Positions 13,369 through 26,613 of a stretch of 64,000 bases of DNA are shown one piece after another; the stretch's first letter is position 1; each line of letters begins with the position of its first letter. Source of the DNA: Basidiobolus meristosporus CBS 931.73 (lineage: Eukaryota; Fungi; Basidiobolomycota); assembly GCA_002104905.1 (NCBI GenBank), contig MCFE01000024.1:124001-188000 (forward strand), written 5' to 3'. The translations under genes were made by a program, and so were the position numbers. The notes beneath the pieces are model-generated. The model saw only the letters and a list, made by a program, of their open reading frames with translations. It had not been told where the DNA came from and ran no database searches.

Positions 13369-15002
13369 TTGGAAAGGAAAAGGTGCAAAAATTACTTCGG
13401 GTTGTACTAAACACTTGTTCGATGGATTGTGGGCCAAAGTAGGAGGTTCTCCCATTAAATAATGTATTTTCTATCGTGTGAGTGGTAGGCCTTTTCCTAA
13501 TCGAGGAGTCATCCATGTTGAGTAGTGTGGATGACTGAACACTATGGCTGCGGGTGGAGATCAGAATTGGAATTGATTATAAAATATTGCCCAAATAACT
13601 CATCGGTAGGTGAGGTCTTACATAATCCATTACTCAGCATTCCTGTCTGCGCCCGGGTTCTGTTTTCTACTCCAAGATCGAGCGATGCATATAAATTCCA
13701 ATCAGCACTTCAGGCCTTCAGCTAGAGGTGGAGGATTATACGACCATACAATTCTACATTTGTACCGGATTCAATGGCAACTCGCCATTCTATCATCATT
13801 TATTGATTAATTATGCCCAAGTGTTTTTGACCCTACCGCAATGATGTCTGGTCGCCCACATCATTGGCCCATTATTGATTAGTGTCGACGCTATTCTGCT
13901 CGTGGAAAGCGACTAACTTGAGTTTTGTTATGAATGGCCCAAAATCCCCTGAATAATAAGTCTGTAGGTGATTCAGTATCACTTTACTGGCGATCCGGTA
14001 GTTTCCTTTTTGGTACTCTTATTGATAATGGTGCAGCCTTGGGTGAGCGATACATTTGTGACCAGGGGGACCAATTGCTCCCATTTGGAAGTTTGCCAGT
14101 GGCGAGTCCTACACATCTGAGTACCGTGTTAAGTGGAAGTGCGCCGAAACTGGACGGGATTCCATATTCCTGTCCAGGCTAGCACAAGAGCCATACTCCA
14201 GCTCCGCGAATCTTAGGGACCATAAGCAAAACAACCACCAACCAACTAGATGCTTGGTGGTTTCTGCGGTGATACCTATTCCTATAACTGACTAGCTTTG
14301 AATGGCCAAGTTACACCAGCACTTGGATAGAATCCGGCTACTCCGTTGATGTCATCTAGAAACAAGCCATTTTCTGGATGCAGAGATGCACCCGCATGCT
14401 GGCCTCTATCGCAAGTTTGAGATTCCTGTTCGTTCATACGTGCGTTCATTTTATTTACTCCTTACAGCCTCTATCGTATAGAGTTAATTAAACATTTCTA
14501 TAATCAATATCTAGAACAGATTAGCGCTTCCTCTTCAATTATCAACAGCGGCAAATGAAAAAATATGTGATGTATACATGAGCTCATACTAACTATTCCA
14601 GGGTCAATTACTCGAGCAAATGCCCGTGGAACATTAGCTGGATTTCCTCCGTCAATGGGAAGTACAGAACCTCTGTGGCCAAACGTAAGTGTTTAGAAAC
14701 GAACTGAAGGTGGGATAGGCTGTATCTTACCTACGGAGTCCATGATCACTGGAATCCGGGATTTCCCATACACCCGTTGACGCAGGCTTCGATCTAGTTT
14801 ATATCTGGATTGAAACAGTTTCGGGACTGCCAAGTCTCGGTTAATATGGTTTCAAGTAGTTAGCCAAGGTCTATACCCACCTCCACCAGCAAACCACAAT
14901 TTCACTTTCAGAGGCTTATATGTGTCGCCAAACAAGTCTTGGATTTCGCTGGCCTGGCTCTGAATTAGGCGGAGTGATTAACGTGAGAGAGCTTCGACAG
15001 GC

Positions 15003-16014
15003 TCAAGGGAAGGTAAAGCATACAAACTGAATGCGGATTAGCTGTTCGTAAGGATCCCGATGCACCTTGCCTCCTTTGCCCCCAAAAACAAGCTGGAAAT
15101 TCTGCGGATTGATGTTTTCGTCGATCTGTAAAGAACAATGGATGAGATGGGGTGCGGTGAGAGTCCGAGCATCGCTTGTGGCCTTTACCCTGGTGGAGAA
15201 TTCGTCGAAGCGGCGGAGAAATTTTTTCCGTTTGAGTTGAACCGCTAGCTTCCGATAGACGCGCTCTAAAAAGATATTTCTCATGCTGAAAATAATCTTT
15301 TCATCTGGATATCGAGGTTAGACTATGTGAGACGAGGTGATGTTTGAGGCAACCTTACCTAGTGAGCAGTCATCGCCCAATAGAGAGTTGAAGCAGAGAG
15401 TGAAGTCGGGATAGATTTCGTTCGAGGATGTCGCGGTGCGGGTGGTGGGCAATTGATTCAATGAATGCTCGATCTCAAAAAGTCTGTTGGTTAGAAGGGC
15501 CAAAACGTCCGACTCGCTACAGTCTTCCGGAAGCTCGGTCAGGTCGACTTTCTCTATGAAATTTGGCCGATTCGAGGTGAGCTTCATCCAATACCAGCCT
15601 AAGAAATAGTCACCAACCTCCAGTAGACAAAGAAAAACTTTTGGCAGCAAGGAGCTTGCTCTTTCTTTCCGGGTCGAGTTCGCCTTTTCTTGCTCTTGTA
15701 CGTCTCCTCACGAACCACTGGAGAATGGCCTGTTGAAAAGTGAGGATAAAGTTCAGAGATGATCGGCTCATAAATGATATATATTTGCACTACTTTTCAG
15801 ACAGTCCTTTTCAAGCAACTGTGAAAGGGGGATAAAGGAAACTAACTTCAGGTGATTCATTTAGCTGCTCTGCCAATAATGCTGCTTCTTCGGGTGAAAG
15901 ATGGACGGATAGTCGAAAGCGTTCTTCCAGAACTTTCAGTTTTTCTTCAGGAAAGTAATTCCTGGAACGAGACGGTTGGCCTGCTTGCTTCGGTTCCTCT
16001 CTATGCATACTCAC
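15003..16014 (-). CDS. Homeodomain protein (atypical), exons about 16014..15847, 15729..15618, 15553..15359, 15304..15189, 15125..15003
   Basis: The spliced sequence SRSRNYFPEEKLKVLEERFRLSVHLSPEEAALLAEQLNESPE|AILQWFVRRRTRARKG fits the three-helix homeodomain spacing. All introns are GT-AG and preserve the frame. An upstream exon and a further 39-nt in-frame intron in the last exon are possible. Confidence 0.8.
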
Positions 16015-16884
16015 TGGCTGTTCATTTATAAGGGTTTCTCCGCCGGAAATGGTCGATTTCTCGTACTCTTCGTAAAGAAAGGTTACCCAAACTTCTGCTC
16101 AGTTTGCCGCGATTTCCTGGGTAAATTTTTGCGATTTTTTTTCCCACCAAATCATCTTGGGCATCGCTGGATGAGCATTGTGACTGGTGATTGCTCAAGA
16201 TGTTCGATATGAGGACCTGCGTAGTCGACTACATTGCCTTTTAGATCCTGACAACTGGGAGAATCTCCGTTGGGCTTGCATGTGGGAGGTTGTGTTTCTT
16301 ATTTCGAGAACAAACTGATATACTAGTAGCATTACTTGATGATCGGATACCGAATAATTGATTATCTTATACAAAAATAACTCGAACGGTGGATTAGGGG
16401 TAATATTTAACCAATTCGCCCCTCAGTATATACCTGTGTCCCAACTCCAAAAATAGCCTTCTTTGCCATATGTACCCTTTGGTAGCTACAGAGGCTGCGC
16501 TAATCATTGCTGTAGTGGTCAATGTACCACAATATATTATATTCAGCAATTCCAATGAATAGATCTGTACAGAGTATCTTGTTCACAATTAGCAAAACTA
16601 TTCAGAAGAACCTAACTTTGAAATGAAAACTAGTTTGTGAAAAATGCCACCAATCAGCAATGTGAAATCTTATATCAGCATAACAGGGTAAGAAGCTGAA
16701 AACTCAAAGCTGCTTTTAAGGGCATAATGGGTGTGCATCCAAATGGCTAGCCAACAAGACTTGTGGGCTTGTGGTGAGAGTTCTGAAGATTTTGGTATTG
16801 ATTGGGCAATTGGGTGGATGACACAGTTTCCCATAGTGATTTACAAATTGCAAGCATGATTTTGATGTTGCAAAACCATGTTTC

Positions 16885-17324
16885 TGTTGTAAAAATTTGA
16901 AATTCCACTTAAATACTCACCTAACTTAGTCACTTAGATCATTACCTTCAAATCCTAGAGAATACTGACCAAATTCCTTGTTGGGATTTACTTAGAATAT
17001 TCTCACCAAAATACCAGGTACCCAGAAGATGAAAATTAGGTAAGTTGTCCAAACAGCCCCAAACCTTGCACACATATTCTTGGGACCTTTCTTAGCCTAT
17101 TCTACATATTTGCTATGCCAAGACCCTGTAAAAGTGTAAATACTACTCTTACAATCAATAAATCATTAAGTGAAAACCACATAATATACTTGTTTGCCCA
17201 ATCACTTCAAACATCTCCAAAACTCCTACAATACATTATGAGCCCTGAGCTGTCACTCTCTGCAATGCCTACTACTGCCATTACTGGAACTTTTCCTTCT
17301 GCTGGAAAGTTGGATGGATCTAAC
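16885..17324 (+). mobile_element. Copia family A element A1: 5' LTR (16885-17233), degenerate PBS and start of gag
   Basis: About 350-bp LTR from TGTTGTAA to CCTACAATA, followed by TTATGAGCCC and gag MPTTAITGTFPSAGKLDGSN. It is interrupted by A2, and gag resumes at 23082. Confidence 0.85.
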
Positions 17325-20300
17325 TGTTGAAAGAGTCTTGGAGATATTGGAAGTGATTGGGAGAACAAGTAGATTATGTGGTTTTCACTTAATGATTTAT
17401 TGAATGTAAAGGTAGTATTTATACTTTTACCTGGTCTTGGCATTACAAACACGTAGAATAGGTTAAGGAAGGTCCCAAGAACATGTGTGCAAAGTTTGGG
17501 GCTGTTTGGACAACTTTGAGAATTTTCATGATCTGGGTACCTGGTATTTTGGTGAAAATATTATAAGTAAATCCCAACAAGGAATTTGGTCGGTATTCTC
17601 TAGGATTTGTAGGTGATGATCTAAGTGACTAAGTTAGGTGAATATTTAGGTGGAATTCCAAATTTTTACAACACTCCCACTCAGCTAAATGTTCATACTG
17701 ACTAGTCCTAATTTTGACCTAAGATATTCAAACTTGTCTCTAGCTAATGGTTTGGTAAATATGTCTGCAATCATTTCATCTATAGGACAGTAAACTAAGC
17801 TAACTAAGTTATTCTCTATAGCTTCACGTATGAAATGATATCTAATATCTATGTGCTTGGTTCTAGCATGAAAAGTTGGATTTCTACCTAATTGTATACA
17901 TCCTTAATTTTCTTGAAATAAAGTAATAGGCATTTTTTGACATAGGCCTAAATCTGTAAACAGCTTTCTTAACCACATTGCTTCTTTTGTAGCTTCACAG
18001 GCTGCCATATACTCTGCCTCTGTGGTGGAAAGTGCTACAGTGTAGTGGGGTGACAGTGACACCCACTGACAGATGTGCTCATTCCCTTATTTTCTACTTC
18101 CCTATATCTCTACTACACTTATTTTAGTTTTATCCCATTTGTCTTACCCAATCAGTACTATCCCATAAGCCGGTTGACTATCACACCTGCTTACCTTATT
18201 GCATAAGTTACCCCTCACTTTATGTAAGATTACTAGCTATAAGTACTTCTATAATAGGCAAGTACCCGCACCAGTACCCGTGACACATGATCAACCCATG
18301 TCACCATCCCTACCCTTTCCATACCATATATGGTATCCCCATGTTACACAGGTTTCAGAATACTGATTCCTGATTGGTTGGATGTGCTGTGCCTCTTAGA
18401 ACCTTCCGGCACCTACTTAGAACATTTGTAGGTCATTCTGATGTCATTAAGATTTCTATTGATATCCGGGACCTTCTGGAACACCATGATTAGTAATCAC
18501 TTAGCCAGTGAGAAAAGTATATAAGGGAGGCTATCCCTCAACAATAAATCATCATCCCTTTTATCAATTTACCAACTTGTTGATTAGTGTGATCACTGCT
18601 ACCTGCTGCTACCTGAACTTCCAACCCCAGACCACAGCACACTCCCAGGAAACCGCGCTGACAGCCAACTGACCTTGGAGGCACTACTTGTGAGGAATAC
18701 TCAGAGTAGGTATCTTTTATTATATTTGATTCTTTCCCAAGTTTGTTCTTGTACAGGCAAAGATACTTTTCTGTCTTTGTAACTATTGACCACAGCTGCA
18801 TTCTTATCAAGTCCCTGCTGGTGGAGTTTACAGTTGTTTTGACTTTGGAAGCTTTAGTACATTGTCATCTCAAAGGACGCTGAACCCAGCACATACTTTT
18901 GTTAAGACACCAACTAAGTTGGGGATTGTAGCTCAATAGTTTTCCCTTGACAAGCTTGTGGCTTTATTCCCCTTCACATTAGATTAGAAACAGAACCCAA
19001 GTATTCCTAGCAAGCTTTTGCCAGAGGTTATTGCACCCAGTGAACACCCCACACACAAAACACTTGAGAAGTGTTGGACGTATCTCTCCCTTGGACCTAT
19101 ACACCACCACAACGGTTGGTTGCTTTCTTGAATTCCATGAAATTGCTCCTTTACAGTAAAGAAAGGTGTGTCCTGTGGTGGATCTTCTGTCTTCCAAATT
19201 TCGTCCCCAATCAGCATCAGAGTATTCCACAAGATCCTGTTCTGAATCCTTATAAGTGTATCTTAAGCAGATATCAGCAGTTCTTTTAGGTATCTAAAAA
19301 TCCGCTTAACTGCTGCAATATAATCAGATCCATAGTTCTGATTATGTTGGCTGACAACTCCCACTGAATATGAGATATCTGGACATGTTCCAAGCATGAT
19401 ATGCATCAGACTGCCAACTGTAGATTAATAAGGAAAGTTAGTGCTTTCAGATGGCACCAAGCGCTCTTGATTTGGTTGCATTTTGACCAAGTTAAGGTTT
19501 GTCTCCATTGGGGTAGCTGCCGGTTTACAGTCTTCCATTTGGTACTTCTTTAGTATATCTTGAATATACTTAGATTAGCTTAGGGTGATAGTCTGGGTAC
19601 TTCTGTCTATGGAGAACTTAATCCCTAAGTAGTAATTAAGTTCTCCTAGATTGGACATCTTTGACTCCTTAGATAGGCTGAATTTAGTCTCTTCCAATGT
19701 TTCTAGGTTATTGACTGCTATAATAAGATCATCCACATATAGAGCTCATAGTACTGGTTTTGCTCTATCTGGCTTATAGTATATACTATAGTCAGCATTA
19801 CTCCTTTTGAAACTCAAAGATTCCAAATAAGAATTTATCTTGCAATTTGAGGCTCTTGGTGATTGTTTGAGACCATATAGTGACTTTTTAAGCTTGCAGA
19901 CCAAATGGGGGTTATCTTGGTCAACAAACCTATCAGGCTGGTCCATATACATGTCCTCATCAAGTTCTTCATTCAAAAATGCAGCTTTTATATCCATTTG
20001 ATGAATAAAAAACTTATATTTGGCTGCAATAGCCAATATTAATCTGATGGAATTAAACTTGGCTACCAGTGCAAAGGTCTCAGTATAGTCAAGTCCTTTT
20101 GTTTGAGAGTATCCTTTGGCTACAAGTCTTGCTTTGTATCTTTCAATTGTACCATCAGCCTTGTATTTTGTCTTGAAGACCCATCTGCATCCAATTGATT
20201 TTTGGTTGATTGGTAATTTGACTAAGTCCCAAGTTTAATTTTCCATCAGGGCCTGATATTCCTCAGTCATTGCAGATCTCCAAAACTTTGTCTGAGGGCT

Positions 20301-23081
20301 ATTTAGAGCCTCTTTTACAGTCTGGGGCTCATCAATATGGACTGAATAGGCATAGGCTAAGTTTGTACCCTCATTGATATAGTAATTTGGGCTATTTCTT
20401 GTCCAATTGGATCTCTGAGCATTTGATACTGGAATGATCACTTCTGCAATATTCCTGGGCACTGATTCTGGCTGAACCATAGTTGTAGAGTCCTCTGGAG
20501 TGAAAAAATTTTCATTGTTTTGCTCTGATTCAATCCTGACAATTGGTGGACTTGAGATCAAATTTTTGTCATCATCTGATGTCATTTTTTGTGAAAATTT
20601 TGAATTTTCATCAAACAACACATCCCTGGACTTGATCAGCTTCTTTGCTTTGGTATTATGGAGTCTGTACGCTTTACTCTCATTGCAGTAGCCAAATAAT
20701 ATGCATTTACACTTTTTGGCTCAAATTTTTACTGATTTCCAGCCAGTTTTTTGGCATATGCTGTACACCCAAATATTCTTAGATGTTCTGCACTTGGTCT
20801 GTATCCATACCATGCTTGAAATGGAGTAGAATCACAAAGTATTCTGTTATAACTCCTATTTTTAAGGTATACAGCAGTGGCAAATGATTACACCCAAAAA
20901 TTGTAGGATAATTTTTGATCATGGATCATAGATCTTGCCATATCAATTATTGATCTGTTAGCATGTTCTGCTACTCCATTTTGCAGTGGGGAGTATGGTA
21001 CAGTAGTCTTGTGCTTTATCCCATGAATTTTGCAGAAGCGGATGAAGACTTTTGAGGTTTATTCTCCATCATTGTCAGAGAGTATTTTCTTGATTTTTTC
21101 ACCAGTTTCTCTCTCCACCATAGCTTTAAACTCCCTGAGCTTAGACAGAGCTTCTTCCTTTCTCTCCATGAAGTAGACCCATGTGTATCTTGTATAATCA
21201 TCAATAAAAGTGATTAAATACGTCATCCCGCCTAAAGATAAATTTTGCAGAGGTCCACACAGATCCAAGTGAATTAGATCTAATTGTTTCTTAGTTTTGA
21301 TTAACCCAGAGCTCTTTGATGGTTGTCTGGCTGGGTTCCCATATATGCAGGCTTCACAGTGCTCCAAATTAGCTGGGGGATCAATTTTCACTCCTGAAAT
21401 TAGCTGATCTTTGATCATTTTATGCAAATAATCAAAGTTGATGTGTCCAAATCTCCTGTGCCAAAGCATTTGTGTTTCTTCATTTAAGTTACTTATATTG
21501 GCTTCCAAATATGATGGAATATAAGTCAACTTGTATAGATTCTGATCTCTGATGCCCAAAGCTATATGGGCACCATTTTGATAAGTGATCCTGCATCCAG
21601 AATTGTCAAAACTGAAACTGAGTCCTTCTGCAGTGGCCTTGCTTACAGAGAGTAGGTTCTTGGCTATTTCTGGTACATAGAGTACTTCCTTAAAGGTCAG
21701 TGTATGGCTTTCTTCACTGCTTCTAAGGTTTACTTGGATAGTTCCTTCTCCCACAGCATCAAGTGTTCAATTGTCACCAATGAAAACATTCTTAATTGGA
21801 ATTTCTTGGTATTAGGGAAAAAGTTCTTTTTGGTGTGTAAAGTGTTGAGATGCTCCAGAGTCAATGTACCATGTCTGAGAATCCTTGTTTGTGGTCATAT
21901 TTAGTGCAGATATCAAAAGTCTATCTTCAGTTGTTGCAGCATTTCCATATTCAGGCTTCTTTTGCTGATAATCTCTCTATTGAGACACCGGTCTGACGTG
22001 TGTCCTTTCCTTTTGCAGTAGTTGCAAAATAGGTTGCTGTTGCCTTTGTAGGGTCTTGGGTACCTCCTTTGTTGGTTATCATTGCTTATTAAAGCATTTT
22101 CTTCCTCATTCTTATTGGCACTTGTTTTTCTTAATTCTTCATCCAGGAGCCTTCCATATATGTAATTTAAGGTCAAGTCTTCAGTTCTGGACTCCAGGGC
22201 TGATACAAGGCCCTGAAACCTGTCTGTCAGGCTATTCAGGATGGTAACTATCACATCCTCATCAGTAGTGTGTAGACTTACATATTCCATCTCATCTACC
22301 AGCCAGGTAATTCTGTTAATTAGATTTTTCATTTCTGCTCCTGGCAGCATCTTTGTAGTAAAGAATTTTTGTCTCAGATACATTTTCTTAGCAGCTGAAC
22401 ATGACTGGTAGGTGTCTTCTAATGGCTTCCAGGCATTCTTTGCTGTTTTTGCTCTTGAGCATTGAATTAGCAATTTGTCTTTAACATTAAGGCAAATGCA
22501 TTTAAGGCACTTTGTTCTTTCTTCTGGTACTTCAAGGCTTCCTCTCCCATGTTTTTAGGAGGGCATTCTTCTCCCATGACAATATCCCAAAGGCCTCTTT
22601 CTTGTAGCAGCATCTTCATCTTCACCTTCCACACTTGGTAGTTAGATCCTTCCAACTTTTCAGCAGAGGGAAAAATTCCAGTAATAGCGGTAGTAGACAT
22701 TGCAGAGAGTGACAGCTTGGGGCTCATAACCTGTTGTAAGAGTCTTGGAGATATTGGAAGTGATTGGGAGGACAAGTAGATTATGTGGTTTTCACTTAAT
22801 GATTTATTGAATGTAAAAGTAGTATTTATACTTTTACCTGGTCTTGGCATTACAAACATATAGAATAGATTAAGGAAGGTCCCAAGAACATGTGTGCAAG
22901 GTTTGTGGCTGTTTGGACAACTTATCAAATTTTCATGTTCTGGGTACCTAGTATTTTGGTGAAAATATTCTAAGTAAATCCCAACAAGGAATTTTTGTCA
23001 GTATTCTCTAGGATTTGAAGGTGATGATCTAAGTGACTAAGTTAGGTGAATACTTAGGTGGAAATGCAAATTTTTACAACA
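17325..23081 (-). mobile_element. Full-length degenerate Ty1/copia element A2 (LTRs 17325-17673 and 22732-23081)
   Basis: TG...CA LTRs differ by about 6% by eye. PBS GGTTATGAGCCC follows the 5' LTR and PPT GAGTGGGAG precedes the 3' LTR. Gag (CNYCKRKGHTSDRC), GAG-pre-integrase, integrase (HLDLCGP, FIDDYTRY), RT (HQMDIKAAFLN, YGLKQSPR) and RNase H (YSDADWG, ALSTTEAEY) occur in copia order with stops and frameshifts. Confidence 0.95.
18041..19111 (-). mobile_element. Solo LTR family E (1071 bp, 4-bp TSD) inserted in the A2 RNase H region
   Basis: TG...CA termini with TSD ACAG/ACGG. It splits the RKQPT|VALSTTEAEY motif and has the same length as the homologous copy at 35092-36162. Confidence 0.9.
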
Positions 23082-23849
23082 TAAAGTACCAGAAGAAAGA
23101 ACAAAGTGCCTTTGACTGCATTTGCCTTAATTTTAAGGACATGTTGCTAATTCAATGATCAAGAGTAAAAACAGCAAAGAATGCCTGGAAGGCACTAGAA
23201 GACACTCACCAGTCATGTTCAGCTGCTAAGAAAGTGTATCTGAGACAAAAATTCTTTACTACAAATATGCAGCCTGGAGAAGAAATGAAAAGTCAAATTA
23301 ACAGATTTACTCTGCTGGTGGATGAAATGGAATCTGTGAGGGTACCAACTACTGATGAGGATGTGATAGTAGCCATCCTGAATAGCATGACAGATAGGTT
23401 TCAGGGCCTTGTATCAGTCCTAGAGTCCAGAACTGAAGAATTGACTTTAAATTATGTATATGGAAGACCTCGGATGAAGAATTAAGAAAATCAGGTACCA
23501 AATATGAAGGACAAAGAAAATGCTTTAATAAGTAATGATAACCAACAAAGGAGGTACCCAAGACCCTAAAAAGGCAACAGCAACCTGTTTTGCAACTACT
23601 GCAAAAGGAAGGGACACACATCAGACCAGTGTCTCAAAAAGAGAGATGATTAGCAAGGGTAGCCCAAATATGGAAATACTGCAACAACTGAAGATTGACT
23701 ATTCATATCTGCACTGAATATGACCATAGACAAGGATTCTCAGACATGGTACATTGACTCTGGAGCATCTCAACACTTTACACCCCAAAATAACCCTTTA
23801 CCCAATCCCAAGAAATTCCAATCAAGAAGGTTATCATGGGTGACAATAG
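23082..23849 (+). mobile_element. Continuation of A1 gag/protease (degenerate)
   Basis: Encodes KYQKKEQSA..., YLRQKFFTT and WYIDSGASQH, homologous to A2 gag-PR. Confidence 0.85.
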
Positions 23850-25728
23850 TGTTGTAAAAGTTTGTAATTCCACCTAAATATTCACCTAACTTAGTCACTT
23901 TGATCATTACCTTCAAAGCCTAGAGAATACTGACCAAATACCTTGTTGGGATTTACATAGAATATTTTCACCAAAATACCAGGTACCCAGATCATGAGAA
24001 TTCTCAAAGCTGTCCAAACAGCCCCAGACTTTGCACACATGTTCTTAAAATCCTTCTTAGCCCATTCTACATGTTTGTTATGCCAAGACCATGTAAAAGT
24101 ATAAATACTACTTTTACATTCAAATAAATCATCAAGTGAAAACTGTTGTAATTATTGAGTTGTCACCAAAATATTTATGCTAACTTAGTCACATAGATCT
24201 TATACTGTGATTAGCATTCTGTCCTGACCAGATTTCTTGTTGAGATTTACTTAGAATATTTTCACCAAATTGTCAGGTACCCATATTATTATTTTTCTCA
24301 AAGCTGTCCAAAAGGCCCCAAACTTTGCCAACATATATTTGAGACCTTCCTTGACAAACTCGGCACGGTTGTTTTCTCTACTCTATCAAAAGTATAAATA
24401 CCATATAGTTGATCAATAAATCTACAAGTGAATAACATGTAAATCCTCTAGTTCTCCACATCACTTCCAATACTCCTCTAAATATTGCAACAGGTTATGA
24501 GCCCCAAGCTTGCTGTCCTCTTGGTGTCTACTTTTCTCTCAATCCTTCTCTGCTAGTCAGGAGGAAGACTTTCCATACTATTGCTCTGCCAATGCAAAAG
24601 AGGACTGTGAGTACTCAATGTAGTACCCACTCTTCGCCCAAGAGTTCTCCCAAGAGTTCCCTCCAGAGTCCTACCCAAAGTCCTCCAGTATCCTCCCTAT
24701 GATTCCCCCATGCGTCCCCCCTCCTATCCCTGCCCTTATCTAGTTAGAACACTTACCATAACAGGAAGGCGTTCACACCCCTATTTTATAACACATTGTC
24801 TATTGTCTAAGCCCCCCAAGTGATATATATATCTACCCAATTGAACCAGGAAGAACAACAAGATTTGGACAAAATAAACAGAAGTCTTTATTACCTTGCT
24901 ACCTTCTATCGGAAGCTATTCTGAACCAAGTGGTACTGACTTGACCTACAAGCTCTCCCACTCATCAAGTACAGTCAGTAATAACCCACAAGGACTACTG
25001 CTGCTACAGGACTATGTTTATGAGGATATTGCTGTGGAGAAGAAGGCCTTACCTTCAAAAGATGCTTTCAGTAACTACTCAAGTTAGTTGTGAAGAAGAA
25101 GCAATCAAATTGGCATGTAACTATGTCAAGAAATATAGTATGTTGGTGCTCTACCACTACTGAAGAAAATTGCGTAATTCCAGCAATTGAGGGTCCAGAT
25201 CTACAATGAAGTATACTGCAATATGTATTCATAGGACCCCAATTTACTGTTACATGAGTTTTTGGATAGGATTCTGTGGTAATGGAAAGTACTCCACTAC
25301 TACAATATCTCTAAACCAATATTGCACTCATTTCTTTATTTTGCTTTTTGCTATCGTAACACACAAGTGAAAGATTGAGAATTTCCAACTTTGATGAACA
25401 AATGCTCCAGACCCTGACAAGCAATCCACCCAAGAATATTATGTCATACAGAACACGTAGTAGCCAACACATGTTTCAAATTACAGCTCATTTGAAGCAG
25501 TACTTAAGGAGTTATGACCAAAAGAGTCCAACTATTATATATACTAGACTTGTTCCGTTGGATAGTGCCACATCATGCCAGCCTATTTATAGTGCCGGAT
25601 TGATCTGGCACCCTACGGCACTATCTGGCCCTATAATTTCTACCATGATGCCTGTGGTATGATACAGCTACTGGTAATTTTACTCAATTTTACTTATGTT
25701 GCTCAGAATAGTGCTTTCCTTGCTTTAT

Positions 25729-26613
25729 TTACTCTTCATAATGCTCCAGACACATTTCTCTCAGTGGATGTCTTCTTGTATGAACATACTGTGCATTAAT
25801 AAGTATCTTAACTATTTTACCTATTCTGCTGTTTTCTCCTATATATGACTTTCCTCTGTATTTACCTGCCAATATGCTGAATCTCTTCAGATATCCAAAT
25901 GTGTGCTCTACCCTTACTCTGAAATGATTAAATATCTCATTGCAGAGCTTCTGCTTCCTGCTAAGTACACCATTCCTTGGCTTCCTATAAGCTGTAATAC
26001 ATCCTAATCTCTGACAATCCTCTCCTATATAAGCTAAGTCTGCCATACATTTCTCCCCTCTACTGAATTCAGGATGATTCTCTACCCAGAGTGCTTTGTC
26101 ATGCCTACTTCCAGCAAATGGCCCACTAAACCAGATGATGTTACCCTCAATGTCAGACAGTGCTTGAAACTTCACACAGTGTGCCTTGTACTTGCCAGAA
26201 TAAAAATGCCTCTGCCCTCTAGAAGGTCTGTTAATCCTCACTGGGAAGGTATCCAAAATACTCCTGATATGGAACCTGTTGCTGAACACTCTGGGATATG
26301 GAAGTCTATTGGAGCTTCTGAACCTAGTATTCCAAGCTTGCTCTAAGTCATTCATACCCTCTGCAAGGTGGTTCTCCATTGCTGTCAGCTGGGAATGAAA
26401 GCTTCTAGGACTTTTGTTGCCATGGATGGTGGGATGAAACCTGGTAGGGCAATAGTTCTTGTAATAGCAGAGAAGCTTGACAAGGGATCTCCTTGAGTAG
26501 ATTGGGGTTGATGGTCCACAGTACTTGGAATAGATCTCCTCTAGTGTGTCAAAAGGAAATCCAGTGGTAGTGATGGGATTGATGAGAAAAGACCATTCAG
26601 ATGAGTAAGTCAT
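25729..26613 (-). CDS. DDE_Tnp_4-like (Harbinger/IS5-related) transposase, intact ORF of 294 aa from ATG 26613
   Basis: Catalytic triad contexts are ILDTFPVRINRP, MADLAYIG and RVRVEHTFGYLKRFSIL, with FYSGKYKAHCVKFQ and GPFAGSRHD between them. Confidence 0.92.
   Translation of the reverse strand: MTYSSEWSFLINPITTTGFPFDTLEEIYSKYCGPSTPIYSRRSLVKLLCYYKNYCPTRFHPTIHGNKSPRSFHSQLTAMENHLAEGMNDLEQAWNTRFRSSNRLPYPRVFSNRFHIRSILDTFPVRINRPSRGQRHFYSGKYKAHCVKFQALSDIEGNIIWFSGPFAGSRHDKALWVENHPEFSRGEKCMADLAYIGEDCQRLGCITAYRKPRNGVLSRKQKLCNEIFNHFRVRVEHTFGYLKRFSILAGKYRGKSYIGENSRIGKIVKILINAQYVHTRRHPLREMCLEHYEE

Noticed and set aside
15003-16014. Mating-type locus
   Set aside because: There is no partner HD or HMG gene, pheromone or receptor gene, or known MAT-flanking gene recognisable in the window.
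18538-18810. About 90-aa ORF shared by both family E solo LTRs (also 35402..35665)
   Set aside because: Explained by high copy identity; no domain or codon evidence.
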